A stretch of 64,000 nt of DNA from the human T2T-CHM13v2.0 reference genome, Homo sapiens, in NCBI RefSeq assembly GCF_009914755.1, contig NC_060939.1; one strand, given 5' to 3'. A model generated the notes under the pieces. It did no database searches. It was not told the DNA's origin and saw only the letters and a program-made list of their open reading frames with translations. Position 1 is the stretch's first letter, and every line of letters begins with the position of its first letter. Shown here piece by piece: positions 1-61,352 of this stretch. The position numbers were made by a program, and so were the translations under genes.

Positions 1-124
1 AAGGCAAAATATGAAAAGACAAAGAGGATGATGAGCCCAGTCTAGGTCTAACACCCTAATAACAGGCATTCCAGTGAGTAAACAAACCTGGAAAGCTGTT
101 CCTGATGGTGATAAAAGAAGTGGC

Positions 125-905
<781 letters not shown>

Positions 906-929
906 AATGGTCGTTAAATAAGAGATAGC

Positions 930-1215
930 ATTGATCATTCTCAGCAAACTAACACAGGAACAGAAAACCAAACACCGCATGTTCTCACTAATAAGTGGGA
1001 GTTAACAATGAAAACACATGGACACAGAGAGGGGAACATCACACACCGGGGCCTGTCGGGGGTTGGGGGCAAGGTGAGGGAGAGCACCTAATGTATGTGG
1101 GGCTTAAAACCTAGATGATGGGTTGATGGGTGCAGCAAACCACCATGGCACATGTATACCTATGTAACAAATCTGCATGTTCTGCACATGTATCCCAGAA
1201 CTTAAAGGAAAATTT
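930..1215 (+). mobile_element. L1PA-type LINE-1 3' end fragment
   Basis: CATTCTCAGCAAACTAACACAGGAACAGAAAACCAAACACCGCATGTTCTCAC ... GCACATGTATCCCAGAACTTAAA is characteristic of the L1 3' UTR. Confidence 0.85.
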
Positions 1216-1402
1216 TTAAAAATGAGATGGCATTATATATCTCATTAATCAGCTAAAACATTGTTTAAGCAATATCCAGCAGTTTGTTATTGATGGTGTA
1301 AACTGGTACAGTCTTTTGGGGGAGCGATAGTGTCATCAGTCATCTCTGTCCTTATCTTTTGCCCGGGTAACTTCACTGTTGCAAATTCATCATAAAATAA
1401 CG

Positions 1403-1750
1403 TCTTAATCTGTTCGGGCTGTTAGGACAAAATACCATAAAGTAGGTAGTTTATCAACAACAGAAATGTATTTTCTCACAGTTCTGGAGGCTGGAAAGTC
1501 CATGATAAGGCATAAGCGGATTCAGTGTCGGGTGAGGGCCTGCCTGTGGTGCACAGATAGTGCCTTCTAGCTGTGTTCTCACGTGGTTGAAGGGGCCGAC
1601 TCTCGGGGTCATTTGATACCGGCACTAATCCCATTCATGAGAGCTCTCCCTTCAAACTCTGTTCACCCCCAAAGGCCCATCTCCTAATACCATCATCACC
1701 TTGAGGGATTAGGATTTGAACATGAATTTGGGGGGTCACATTCAGATAAT
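1403..1750 (+). mobile_element. MaLR LTR (MLT1-like)
   Basis: TTCTCACAGTTCTGGAGGCTGGAAAGTCC ... CTAATCCCATTCATGAG ... CATGAATTTGGGGG motifs. Confidence 0.7.
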
Positions 1751-1949
1751 GTTATATATAACTTAAAAAGAACAAAAATGTGGAATTCATGGAGATGTTC
1801 ATTGCAGTATGGATTACACTGAAAAACTGTAAACAACCTAGATGCCCAGTAAAAGGGAAACAGCCAAGAAAAGTCTGTGTCTTGTTCACTCGCTGGCAGG
1901 AAACATAGAGCAGGCACGGAAAGGAAAGGGACTCGAGGAATGCGCTGTA

Positions 1950-3170
1950 CCGACAGGAGGCAGCACCCCTTTGCCCGAGGGGCGCAACGACAGAGACCTA
2001 AGGCTACCTGGGCCGGAGCCGGGTGAGGCCGCGGAGAACGCACCCCGCTACGCGTCTGCCGAGACGGAGGCGGGCGTTTCGACCACTGCCCGATCATGCG
2101 CTTACTCAAGTAGGATTCCGAAAAAATTCAGTCGCGCGTCCCTCCTGAGGTTCCGCAGCTGGCCAGGCCCGGCCCGGGCTGGTGCGGCTGCGCACTGCAG
2201 CCCAGCGGAGCGGGCCCGGGAGGAGCCGGGCGGGGACCGCGGCGGCCAGAGCTCCTGTCAGCTCCGCCGGGCACACGCAGGCCGGGGCGGGCGGCGCGGC
2301 TGTCCCCGCCCCGCACGCTGCTGGGCCCGGCAGCTTCAGAGGCTGGCGGACCCGCGCGGGGCCGGCGCAGCGGAGCGCGCCGGCGGCCCGGGGCCCAGCG
2401 GGAGCGCGGCAGCGGCGCGCGGAGCAGGGGGCTACGGGTGGGCGGGCGCCCGCCTTCGCCTGCGTCGCTGCCTGCACGCGGGCCGCCGTCCCCGGGCGTG
2501 TGAGAGCCGGCAGCTCGGCCGACTGGGCCCGGAGCGGCGCGGAGGCCGGGCGCTGACGGTAACGGGCCGGGTGCGCGCGCGGGAGGGCTCCGGCTGCCCC
2601 GACAGAGGCCGGGCTCGGGCGGCGGGAGTGCGAGCGCCACTGCGGCGTCAGAGGGGCCAGGAAGGGACAGGAGGCTGCCTGAGGCCCGTACCTGGCGCCT
2701 GTCTCTGCGGTCCCCGGGGCCGACGAAGTCGGAGCGGGTGGGGAGGGAGCCGGGCGGGCGGCCAGAGACCTGGCGGCAGGTGCCTGCCCTCTGTGATCCA
2801 ACTCTCTCCCCAGCTCCACCCACATTGGCCTAGACCCAGTCTCTAAGGGCTGAAAATATTGCCCGGAAGCTCCCGAGCAGAATCAGATCGCGCTAAGTAG
2901 GGCACAACGCAGAGGCGACAAAGCTCCTCGGCCCCAGGGCCCGCGGAGCAGACTCCGGAGCGCGGTCCCGCCCACGCTCGGCTCCGCAGTTAGCGTCCTC
3001 CTTCCTCCTGAGCAGGCAAGCGGAGCCCGAGGGCGGTGGCGGCGGGGGGCACGGGTCCCCTGAAGTTGCCTCGCAGCTGAGCACTGGGCCCCGTCTCTCC
3101 CTTCCCAGGGGGCCTTCGGCGTCACTGCAGGCTTCCTAGGGGTCCCCTAAGTGCTCTGCAAACCGCGGCT
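1950..3170 (+). promoter_or_regulatory. MAN2A2: CpG island: MAN2A2 promoter and non-coding first exon (candidate donor ACG|GTAACG after 2558)
   Basis: Very GC- and CpG-rich, multiple GGGCGG boxes; the next acceptor (AG 3771-3772) opens the exon carrying the ATG at 3791. Confidence 0.8.
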
Positions 3171-3790
3171 GGAAGTTTCCCACTGCAGTGAACAGTAGAG
3201 AAACAGGGAGAACACACAGGGCTTGCTTTATGCTAGAAACACAAGCATCTTTCTTCTTTATTAGAAAGAAACTCATTCTGTGTTTCTGAGAAAGGATCGT
3301 GCCAGGCACTGTTTCTGGTGAGTGCCAGTTTGACCCGAAAGGGCACTGAGAAAGGCTTTCCTATCAGTCTCTTTGGGTTCTGGCTAAACTTTTAAATCAA
3401 ACAAAATAGAGACTAGCTTATTCACCTGAAACTAGAAGCACATGGCCGAGGAGCCTGAACAGGCACCTCCTATCTAGGCAGGGAAGCTGTGTAATCAGGA
3501 GCTTGTGTGGTGCGCTCCAGTCGGAGCTGGGACTCTTATCCTGGGCCCGTTTTTCATAGCACCAGCCAAAGGAGAGCGTCCTCTCCACCCTAGCGGCAGA
3601 GCTGCTACCAGGACCAGGTGGGCCAGCCTCAGATGTGCTGCTTGTGCTACTTGGAGCCAGGCAAATGGGTGTTCCTTTGGAACAGCCCTCAGGAACTCAC
3701 TGGGGTATTTGGTGGAAAGACTGCCACGGGCATTTTGCATGTTGGAGCTACAGATGGTGTCCTTCCTGCCAGGTGTGTGTGGAGGCCAGT

Positions 3791-19370
<15,580 letters not shown>

Positions 19371-20499
19371 GGCTTCTTGTGGCCTGAAGAGAAAGTTCAT
19401 TCACAGAGACTGCCTCTTAACATGAAGATCATTGGACAAGCCACACGGGTATCCCATCCCGATCTGCCTCCCAGAACTGTGACACACTGGGCTCTGCCCT
19501 CATTTTCTGTTTATTGCTGCTGCTGTGTTTTCGGCGCAACCCACAAACCCAGTGATGGGTAAATAGGGCAGACGCCAGTGAGATCAGGGAGAGAAGGCCC
19601 TTGGTCAGAGTGGGCAGTGCCAGGCTCTGCTTTGGGTTGTGAGTGGACACCCAACTGGGCACAGGCTCAGGCACCCATCCTTTTTCCAAACAGGGATATA
19701 GAAGTGGTGGAAGCAGACAGAAGAGGTAAGGGAGGCTAAGTGGGTAACAGCCCAGCATCAGGGTCACTGTGGCAACAGCAGGCTCTAGGGGAATCCTGTG
19801 GTTATGTAGAGACTCCATGTCCTGGTGTGATGAGCAGGATCAGAGTGACTCTGGGAGGACAGGGGTGGGGACCCAGAGTTAGCAGTGGGGATGGAGCAGT
19901 AGAAGGAATCACTGTTTCTCCTAGGAGTCTGAAGGCCTCGCTGCTTTCTGTGATGGCTTTGCAGTAAGTGCCGCCTGGCCTGCATGCATTGGCTAACAGG
20001 CTGCAGAATGGCAGGAAGGACTCGCTAGAGATTGTCATGGCCAGAGATCATAGGTCACTTCAGGTAGCAAGACCCCTGGCAAACTGGGCACTTGGCCTAT
20101 GTACTGATTTGTGGGATGGTGGCAGGGGTGTGGGGTCCTTCACCCTGCCTGAATTCTCTTTGGCTTCTGTGCTCTGTATGCTGCTGTCCCCAAGGGCTCT
20201 TTCTTATTATGGCAGGGAGTGGGGATTGGTCCTACTTTCTTTCTCTGGAAAGGAAAGCCTCCAAGACTCCATGTGCTTGGGCAGCTTGAGAAGGCGTTCA
20301 GCACCACGCCTAGCAGGCAGACCTTGAAGCCTCACCTTTAGTCTATCTGCAGAGGTATTCAGTTCCTGGCACAGGGGACTAGGGGCATGTAGAGTATATG
20401 AGGAGGCAGTATGGCTGTGCAGGAGCCTTCATTTCAGCTTCAATTAATAGGGAAGAATTTATGATAGCTCTATAGATGCTGAAAAGGTATTTCGTAAGA

Positions 20500-21780
<1,281 letters not shown>

Positions 21781-22246
21781 GTACAATTACTTTAGGAGAA
21801 AAGCTTGCTTCAGGGTCCTTAGAGAAAGTCACTGGGGCCTGCCAAGCTGCCACCTAAAGACAAGAGTGAGAGGGCTGAGTTCTTCCAGGTCATCAGAGTT
21901 GTTGCTGCCCGTATTAGGCCACACAGTGGAACCCCATTTATATCATAGCAGAAGAAATAGGATTATCAATGTGAACTGCTTAGCATGGTGCCTGGTATAT
22001 ACGAGAGCTCCACAAATGTGAGCTATAATCCTACTAGTAAAGGATGCTAAGCAGTTCCACTGTGGCAGGTGTCATTTGCTAGTAGAATTTGTAATCAAAC
22101 AATAGGAGGGGAATCTGTGAACGCCTAGAAAATGAGCAGAATAAAGGATATTATCTTTGGAAGTCTTAGATGTGCAATGAAATTATTTGTCTGACAGAAA
22201 CGAATGCTGAATTCTATTTACTTAAGCCTTTAAAATGACTTAAGGC

Positions 22247-23263
<1,017 letters not shown>

Positions 23264-24114
23264 TGAGGGTTACCATCAAAATGAACCAGGACATGACAGA
23301 AGCCATTTCAACCACTGGAGACGGATCGGATTCTATTCCTACATTTACTTGGAACCATCCAGCTTTCATGAAGAAGGAAGGGCTGTATGGCCAGTTGGAA
23401 CCACAGAGAGAAAGGCTCCAGTTGAACCACTTAAGAGCTGGTCCTCCCATGCAGGGCGAGCCAGCCCAGACAGTGTCCTCATATGGCTTGCCTCAGGGTA
23501 GGTAAAACATAAAACCTCGACCACTTGTGCAGAGAGAGCAGCATCTTTAATTTGACCTGAACCTGACTTGCTTACCTTGCTCTGTCACTGGGGCATCTGT
23601 GCACTCACGGAGGGGGAAAATCAGTCTAGGATGGTGGGAATGAGGCTTACCATCCACAATAGAGATCTCTGAACAAAATCTTTGTTCTTCCCTAACAAAA
23701 AAGTGTGTGAAGGACAAACACTTCAAGGGCTCATTCTCATTCTCATTCTCATAGTGAGAAGAGATAAGACAGAGACCAGATCCTTCGCAACAACCCTCAA
23801 TTTTACTTAGGGTCAGTGAGAAATCAATTCAGATGGTAACAGTACCCAGGACCAGCTGGGTCTGCAGTTGGCTCCTGACTCCTGACATTCTGGCTCCTGA
23901 CTTTGGACCTCCCTAGTTGAGAATAAACCTGAACTAAAAATCCATGTAGTTAGGTAGTCTGGGCACAGGAAACCAAAGTGGGGTTGGAGATGCGGACTCT
24001 GTCATTCTGAATGTGACAGAGTTGAAGATTTGAGACACAGCATTGAGTGTGGAGACCTAGAGAAGGCCCCTCAGTGGAGTAGGAAGGACTGGGGTTTCCC
24101 AGTCAGCATGCCTC

Positions 24115-24460
24115 CCGCAAGTTTGAATATTTGTGTCCCTCTCAAATTCATACTGAAACTTAACCTCCAATGCAGCATATTAAGAGGTGGGGCCTTTAGA
24201 AGGTGATTAGGTCATGAGAGCTTCTCCCTCGTGAATAGGATTAAGGCCCTAATGAAAGAGGCTTCACACAGCCTGCCTTTTTTACTGTGTGAGGATGCAG
24301 TGACCACCTTGGAAGCAAAAAGCAGCCCTCGCTAGACACCGAACCTGCCAGCACCTTCATCTTGGACTTCCTGCTTCTAGAACTGTGAGAAAACGAATTT
24401 CTGTTCTTTATAAATTACCCAGTCTCAGGTATTTTTGTCATAACAGCACAGACTAACATA
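24115..24460 (-). mobile_element. MaLR LTR (MLT1/MST-like)
   Basis: GGTGGGGCCTTTAGAAGGTGATTAGGTCATGAG ... TCTTGGACTTCC ... AGAACTGTGAGA ... ATAAATTACCCAGTCTCAGGTATT. Confidence 0.75.
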
Positions 24461-24564
24461 CCTAGAGACTTGCATTCCAACTAGAGGCGCAAGCACACCT
24501 ATAATTCTGCCCTCTCAACTCCTAATGCCAGAGATTGCTAAATAAATACTAAAAATGTAAAAAC

Positions 24565-30252
<5,688 letters not shown>

Positions 30253-30523
30253 CCTTCCAACTTTCTTAACGGGAAAGGCTGCTACCATTTCTTGAGCACC
30301 TATGTGTCAGGCTCCATCAGGCACGTCACAGTCTAACCTGATAATTACACAACCCATGTCACTGACAAGGAAGCCAGGTTCGGAGGGGTTGAGGCCCGCA
30401 ACCTGAGGGAGGTGACTCCGGGACACACAATTAGTCCTGCTTTGCTGAAGGAAAGATATGCAGCCCACCAGTCGGAGGCTGGAGAAGGAGCAGCAGCAGC
30501 TTAAACCTTAACCCAGAGTTATT

Positions 30524-30529
30524 TTTATT
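30524..30529 (-). terminator. HDDC3: AATAAA polyadenylation signal of HDDC3
   Basis: TTTATT on the plus strand, about 330 nt past the HDDC3 stop. Confidence 0.7.
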
Positions 30530-30857
30530 TTCCAGAACGTGTTAGGAACTAGTACTTAAATAATCTCAAGTCCCTGAGGGGCCAGAGATCCCACCATGCA
30601 AAATAGCAAACAGACCCAAGACTTGGGGAGAGGCGGTGAGTGCATCAGAAATGGATGGGTACATCTGATTCCCACCACGCGGGGCTCAGCTTAGTTAGCA
30701 GGAGACCTTCAGACTGAGAAAAAATGCAAGTCTTTTTTTGGCCTCTAATATCTGGGAAGGATGGAGGGAGCTCAGGAGACACAGAAAAGATGGCGTATGA
30801 ATCCTGTCCGGCCTGAACGAGGCTGGAGTTGTGCCTCTGGATAGCTTCAAGCACTGA

Positions 30858-32123
30858 TCAGATTGTCAGCCCCCGCTGCTTGAACAGATGCTTTAGAGCC
30901 TCTTCCAGTTGCCGGTTTGTTCCCTGAAGCCCCTTCACCACCTGCGCTGCCCACTCGAAGTATTCCTGGACTCGATGTTCTGACCATCCTGCATAAGAGT
31001 CGACAGAAACTTGCTAGCGTGATGTCAAGGAAAGCACTGCCTTTTCCCCACTTCCTGGCAAGCTTGGTTCAAGGCCATGAGTTCCTGATGGAATGAGCTG
31101 TCCTGAAAACTTCCCCTTGGCCCAGCTATTGTATTTTTACTGTATGAAAGAAGATCAAAGAGTGGTCCAGTAGGATTAATTTGGGAATTAAGAATGCCCA
31201 GGGTTTTTCAGGGGAACTGACCAACATGTGTCTTCAGAAGGCGGCATCCCCCTCCCTTTTCCCTTACAGCCCATACGAAAGCGTACCCTCTGGGGTGCAG
31301 CGATTCAGGTCCCTCAGATTGTACAGCTTGTCTGCCAGCTTCACCAGTTTGGCCCCGGGGCTACTGTGGGGCGCTTGCTCCACCTGCAGCCTCTTTCTCT
31401 CCAGCTTGGGCAGAGTCTTGTCATCTGTTACCTCCTCCACCAGGCGCCGCACTTGTGCCCCAAAGTGTAGCTCCACCTCATCCAGGGTGGTGTCTGTGTC
31501 CTCCACCGTGTCATGGAGCAGGGCCGCCTGGGGACAAGTTCCCACTCAGCCCTGAGATGTCAGCCAAGGGTTGCCCATTGCTGAATGGGGCCCCTAATCC
31601 CCATCCCAGGCTCCTGGCAGAGAAGGGGGAAAGTTACCTGTAACACCACAATGTCAGTGATTCCCGCCTCGTGGGTCAGGATCCGTGCCACACCTGACGG
31701 GGAGGGGCAAAGCAGGAAGTCAGGTCGGAGGTAGTCCCAAGGCGGTGTGTTGTGGGTTTTGGAGAGCCAGATGTGGCCCCTTGTGGACTCTGACTAGCTG
31801 GGTGACCTTGGTCAAGTACCTTACCCTCTGGGAGCCAACCGACAAAGGGAACGATCATGCCTACCGTTCCAATTGTTATGAGGCTTAAACGGTATATCGC
31901 ACTAAGCTTGGGACAAAACAGGTGCTCAATGAGGTGCACGCCCCCCACGTTTCCTTCCCAGTCCCCACCACCCAGGTGCCGCAGCCGGCGCTCCGCGGCC
32001 GACGCGCCCACCGATGGGGTGGTTGATGTAGGGGGTCCCCTCGGGGTCCTTCCGCCGCTGCTGCCGGTGCTTGCGAGCCGCGAAGTCGGCAGCCTCCAGC
32101 AGCTGCGCCGCCTCAGAGCCCAT
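30858..32123 (-). CDS. HDDC3: HD-domain protein 3 / MESH1 (ppGpp hydrolase and NADPH phosphatase), 4 exons, 179 aa
   Basis: Exons (minus strand): 32123-32012, 31693-31638, 31527-31287, 30988-30858; 540 nt. SpoT-type HD motifs [37 protein letters not shown]. Confidence 0.96.
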
Positions 32124-32175
32124 CGCGCGGATGGGGCCGACGACTGCGGCCGCAGGGGCAGGGACGGAACGTTTA

Positions 32176-32190
32176 CAGCGCCCCCTGGCG
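32176..32190. promoter_or_regulatory. CTCF-like motif CAGCGCCCCCTGGCG in the HDDC3 promoter CpG patch
   Basis: Close match to the CTCF core consensus, about 50 bp upstream of the HDDC3 ATG. Confidence 0.55.
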
Positions 32191-33623
32191 CCGGGGAGGC
32201 CCGGGGATCGTGGAGGCTAATTCAGCGGGCCGAGTTGGGCCTGCCCCAGATGAATTCCTCTGGAGCTGACCGGCCCGCGCAGAGAGCAAGTGATGTGGAC
32301 AGCTGCCTTCAGCATCGCAGCCCCCAGCTCAGTGTGCTCTGTTGGGGGTGCAAGAAGAACATAAGCCTGGCTCTTTGGGAGCCCACAGTCTGTGGAAAAG
32401 AGGAAGACAGACAAGAAATAAGGCAGTGGCCTCACAGTGCTCTGAATCCAGGGTGGCCAAGGCTCAGGGGACTATGGGAGCGGGAAGAAAGAACAATCCC
32501 CACACCCTCAGAGTCAGAGACAGCTTCTCCCAGAAGCTCCCCCCAAGAACCATCTTCAACCTGTAAAAGCTCTGAAAATTCTCCAAGTGTTCTAAAAATA
32601 GTTCTCCCTGTAGGGATGGGCCAGGTTCTGTGGGCAGGGGAGTCTACCTTTGGACCCTCCAGGAGACCCTAGGGCCTGACCTGAAAAATCAGAGCCTTCC
32701 CTGGGAGCCCTGCCTAATTGCTTCAGACTTAGGCTCCCAGGTAGCTGTGACGTTTCTGCAGGAACTGCCTTTGTTTGTCCTCAGTGTTGCAGATGAAATT
32801 TGCCTTGTCTTCTTATGCTATGAGAGCTCCTATTTCAGTCTCTAGGCATCTTCTGTGGGCCCCTGGGGTGATGAGTGTTGTCACTGCTGTCCTGGGAGCA
32901 TGATGTTGTCAGGCCTGGGTAGGCACTGGAATAACACTTAATTCTGCTGGCTGGTGGCCTTCTGGAGAAATTCCCTGCCTTAGGGGCAGCTGAGGGGTAA
33001 GAGAGACCTGGTGATCCCCATAGAACTTCTCTGTGAGAGGGGGTTCCCTATTAGCTAAGTATACTCTAATCAGACATGTAGCTTTTGTGTTCTGGCTGGT
33101 AGCTGGGGCAGATAAGGCTCAGGGGAAAGGCTAATGAAAGGAGTCACCCTTGGTTTTCAGCTAGTCTTGGTGGTTGCCACGTAGCAGAGGTTAGGGAGGG
33201 AAGCCCCACATGCTGGAACTGAGGTCTCTGGGACCTGAAATAGGAGGGTCAGAATTCCCAGAGCTTCCATGGCAGCCTGGAAGTTGGAGAATGGGTAGAA
33301 ACATATTTGGCTGTAAATGCTTGTTTGTTCTTCATACTAATGGCTCAGCTGCTCTCTCATCCCTCATTCTGTCCTCTAGTCCTTTGAGCCTTCTCTCCTT
33401 CAGCAGTTTGGCAATGCAGGCCCCACGTTTTCCAACAGGAGACAGAAACCCAGTCCCTGTCATCTCTCTCTAAAAGCCTGTGATAGAGAAGCTTCAGGCT
33501 CGTATTAATGGTGCCCAAGGGCCTTGGGGCTTTGACTTTTATTTCCTTATTGTCTGCAGTCACGGCCTAGAAAGAGAGATGTTGGGGTTCCCAGGACCAG
33601 GACAGAGGTGGTAGTGAACTCTC

Positions 33624-34704
33624 ATGGGCATCCAGAGAAGGTCAGGCCCCTTGCTGACAGGCCTATCTGTGGGGCTACTGCTGCTCTTCAGCTGGGTGAC
33701 CCTTGTCCAGCCAACCTCTCTCTCAGGTACAGCACTTACCCCTGTGGCCCACCTGCCTCTGGTGCTATGGGCTATTCCTGGGAACTGGAACTGATGGGGA
33801 TGGGTGGAAGGGCATCTTTTCTTCTGGTAGGGGCTGATCTCTTTTACTCTCCAGTAGGGGTGGAGTGAGCTGTGGAAAGGCCCCTCCTGCTTGTCTCTAG
33901 CACCCCCACCTCTCTCTTCAGCTCTGGTCCACCACCCTCACTTGTGCCAGACCACCCGGGATGTCCATGGCCGTCACTACCCTGGTTTCTTTTGCCCTCG
34001 TCTGTCTGATTCTCCAGAGGAAGCCTACTGCTGCCACCTGCAGGCTGCAGGGGGCTCCTGCTGCACCCGGGCTGAATTTGAGGCCCTGTACCAAGTCAAT
34101 CTGTCCGCTCTTCCGCCCCCGCCCATCCTCAGGTGAGATCTCCAACCCCAGAGCCACTGGAACATCGACAGGGTGTTCCAGTATCTGGGGCTCTGTTCCT
34201 AAATTATGGGGTGGTAGGCTTGTAACTTACAGACTAGTGAAGGGACAGACCGCAACAGAAAATCATGTAGATCATGATTACAATTACAAAGGAGAAGTTC
34301 AGGGGGCTGTGCAAGCTGGTAATGGGGAGCCATCCTGAATCTGCCCATGGGTGGCTCTAGGATGAGCTCCTAAATTCGTATGCAAATGTGTGTATGTAAG
34401 ACGACACTTATTTGGGGAGGGAGTCCTGAGCTTTCTCCGGACTCCCAGGGATTCTGTACCCCCCACAGAGCGCAGCAGCGAGAGCGCGGTCGGGGCCGGG
34501 ATCCAGATACTTTTTCTCTCCCGCAGGGGCCCAGGCCCGCTCCTAGTGCTGGGCCTCTACAACCTACTGGTTGTGACCCTGATGACCGTAGACCTCGTGC
34601 ACTTCTGCTGCGGTCGGGGCCGGAGTCTGGGCTGGAGCCACCGCAGGCCTCCCTCTGGGTCCTCCGCCGCGAGCTCCCTGCAGGTCTCTGCGGGGACAGC
34701 TTAG
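33624..34704 (+). CDS. Shisa-like (SHISAL1/KIAA1644-related) type I membrane protein, 3 exons, 163 aa, upstream of UNC45A
   Basis: Exons 33624-33726 (phase 1), 33922-34132 (phase 2), 34527-34704, all GT-AG and in frame. Signal peptide, C..C..CC..CC domain containing GFFCPRLSD, NLS sequon, TM segment LLVLGLYNLLVVTLMTVDLVHF, then CC. Confidence 0.75.
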
Positions 34705-34907
34705 GTGCGCCCGGAGCTTGCCTGCACCTGCGATCCAGAGCCAAGCGCCCCGCCCCTGCCCGGGCGCGCTCCCTCCTTAGCCCTGCCCCTCTCTGACCCC
34801 ACCTCCGACGCAAGAGTGGGGCGGGGCAGCTGCCGGTGGCGTCCCGAACCCAGACTCGCCCCGCCCCAGAGACTGCGCCTGCGCGGGCACGAGACAACCT
34901 CTCCGCG

Positions 34908-53299
<18,392 letters not shown>

Positions 53300-53654
53300 G
53301 GGGGTTGTCCCTGGGCCCAAGGCTCATGCACACGCTACCTATTGTGGCACGGAGAGTAAGGACGGAAGCAGCTTTGGCTGGTGGTGGCTGGCATGCCCAA
53401 TACTCTTGCCCATCCTCGCTTGCTGCCCTAGGATGTCCTCTGTTCTGAGTCAGCGGCCACGTTCAGTCACACAGCCCTGCTTGGCCAGCACTGCCTGCAG
53501 CCTCACTCAGAGGGGCCCTTTTTCTGTACTACTGTAGTCAGCTGGGAATGGGGAAGGTGCATCCCAACACAGCCTGTGGATCCTGGGGCATCTGGAAGGG
53601 CGCACACATCAGCAGCCTCACCAGCTGTGAGCCTGCTATCAGGCCTGCCCCTCC

Positions 53655-53660
53655 AATAAA
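53655..53660 (+). terminator. UNC45A: AATAAA polyadenylation signal of UNC45A
   Basis: Canonical hexamer about 355 nt after the stop, followed by GT-rich sequence. Confidence 0.8.
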
Positions 53661-53914
53661 AGTGTGTAGAACTCCACTGTGTGCCCTGTCCTTGGGCAGG
53701 GAGGGCTGCTGTGAGTGGGAGTCTCTGAGTGGGTGAGTGTGGGTGAGTATGGGTGTGAGCTGGGCGTGGGTGAGTGTGCAACGGAGCTTCACAGTGGCAG
53801 ACCCACCTCCATGGAAGGAATCCAATGGATTCCCCAACCAGGGCCCACTGAGTTGCTTCTTAATCCTACTGGAGGGACAAAGGGTAAGCCTAGGAAGCTA
53901 ATCAATAAGAAACT

Positions 53915-55300
<1,386 letters not shown>

Positions 55301-56317
55301 AAACCCGCTCCAGCCGAATCTGCTTGAAGTTGGCGTTGCTGTTGTAACCACCAGACTGTTTGTCTCCCCATTTAACGGTTAGCTCCTTGGGAGCAGACAG
55401 CTGTCCTCACTGGCAGAGGAGGAGCGCTCAGTAAATGCTCGCTGGACGAATAAATGGCTAGATAAGGTACAGTTGAAATTCTGTCTGTATAAGTTTCTCA
55501 AAACCAGTAAGATGTCCAGGGATAATTTTTTTGTCAACACTAAATACTGGATTCAGTAAGCTAATACTGTGTGTTTATCATGGCATGTACTCGCACCAAA
55601 CCCTTTATTTGCATTTATTACAATTCTGTGAGGAAGGTTCAAACAGCACCGCCCCCACCTCCCTTTGTAAACTGAAGAAACGCAGTTGGACTCAGGTGGA
55701 TTGGCTGCGGTCCCAAGGCCCCGCTGAGTTGCAGAGGCACTGCCTCCCAAACGCTCTTCTGCGTTCCGCTGTGGGGAGAGGGGCAGAGCACTGTGTGTGG
55801 AGTTGGTGGGACCTGATTTCAGCGCTCTGCCCCTCTCTGTCTGGCTGTATGAGTGTGTAAGGGTTACTTTGTCTCAGAATCTCCTCTGTAAAACGACCAT
55901 TTTGGTTCCCAAGATTACATGGGATAAAGTGCCAGATGCTGGGAAGCTGCGGGACGGGGTGGGGGTGTCGGGGGCGCTCGGATCCTAGTCCAATGCCTAA
56001 AGGACAGGCCACTTCGTACCCACTTTGTGGCACGCTGAGCTTGAGCCAAAAGGGAGGACAGGGAAAGTGCCTCTAAATATTTGAGCATCTTTGTAAATCC
56101 GGTAGGGCATTAGTCAGGGCGCCTGCTCAGCGAACCTTCGTGGCACGGACTCTGCCTTTGTGGTCGGGAGAATGATAGTTTCTCCATTTTACAGATAAGG
56201 CAGCTCCAGCCCCTGGAAGGCCAGAGACTTGCCAGTGTCCCACTAGCGGGCTCTTCGCAAGAATCCCCCCGGGCCCGCCGCAGCCAGGCGGCGGCCGGCA
56301 GAGGGCGCTGCTCGGGC

Positions 56318-61352
<5,035 letters not shown>

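Noticed and set aside
1842-2846. 334-aa ORF and overlapping 231-239-aa antisense ORFs
   Set aside because: Arg/Gly/Ala/Pro-rich products typical of stop-poor CpG-island DNA; no recognisable domain.
23281-23660. 74-aa ORF and two minus-strand GTAAGC donors in unique intergenic DNA
   Set aside because: No recognisable homology and no linked exon chain could be built; possibly lncRNA exons, but unsupported.
31857-32672. 271-aa + strand ORF
   Set aside because: Antisense to HDDC3 exon 1 and its GC-rich promoter; no domain signature.
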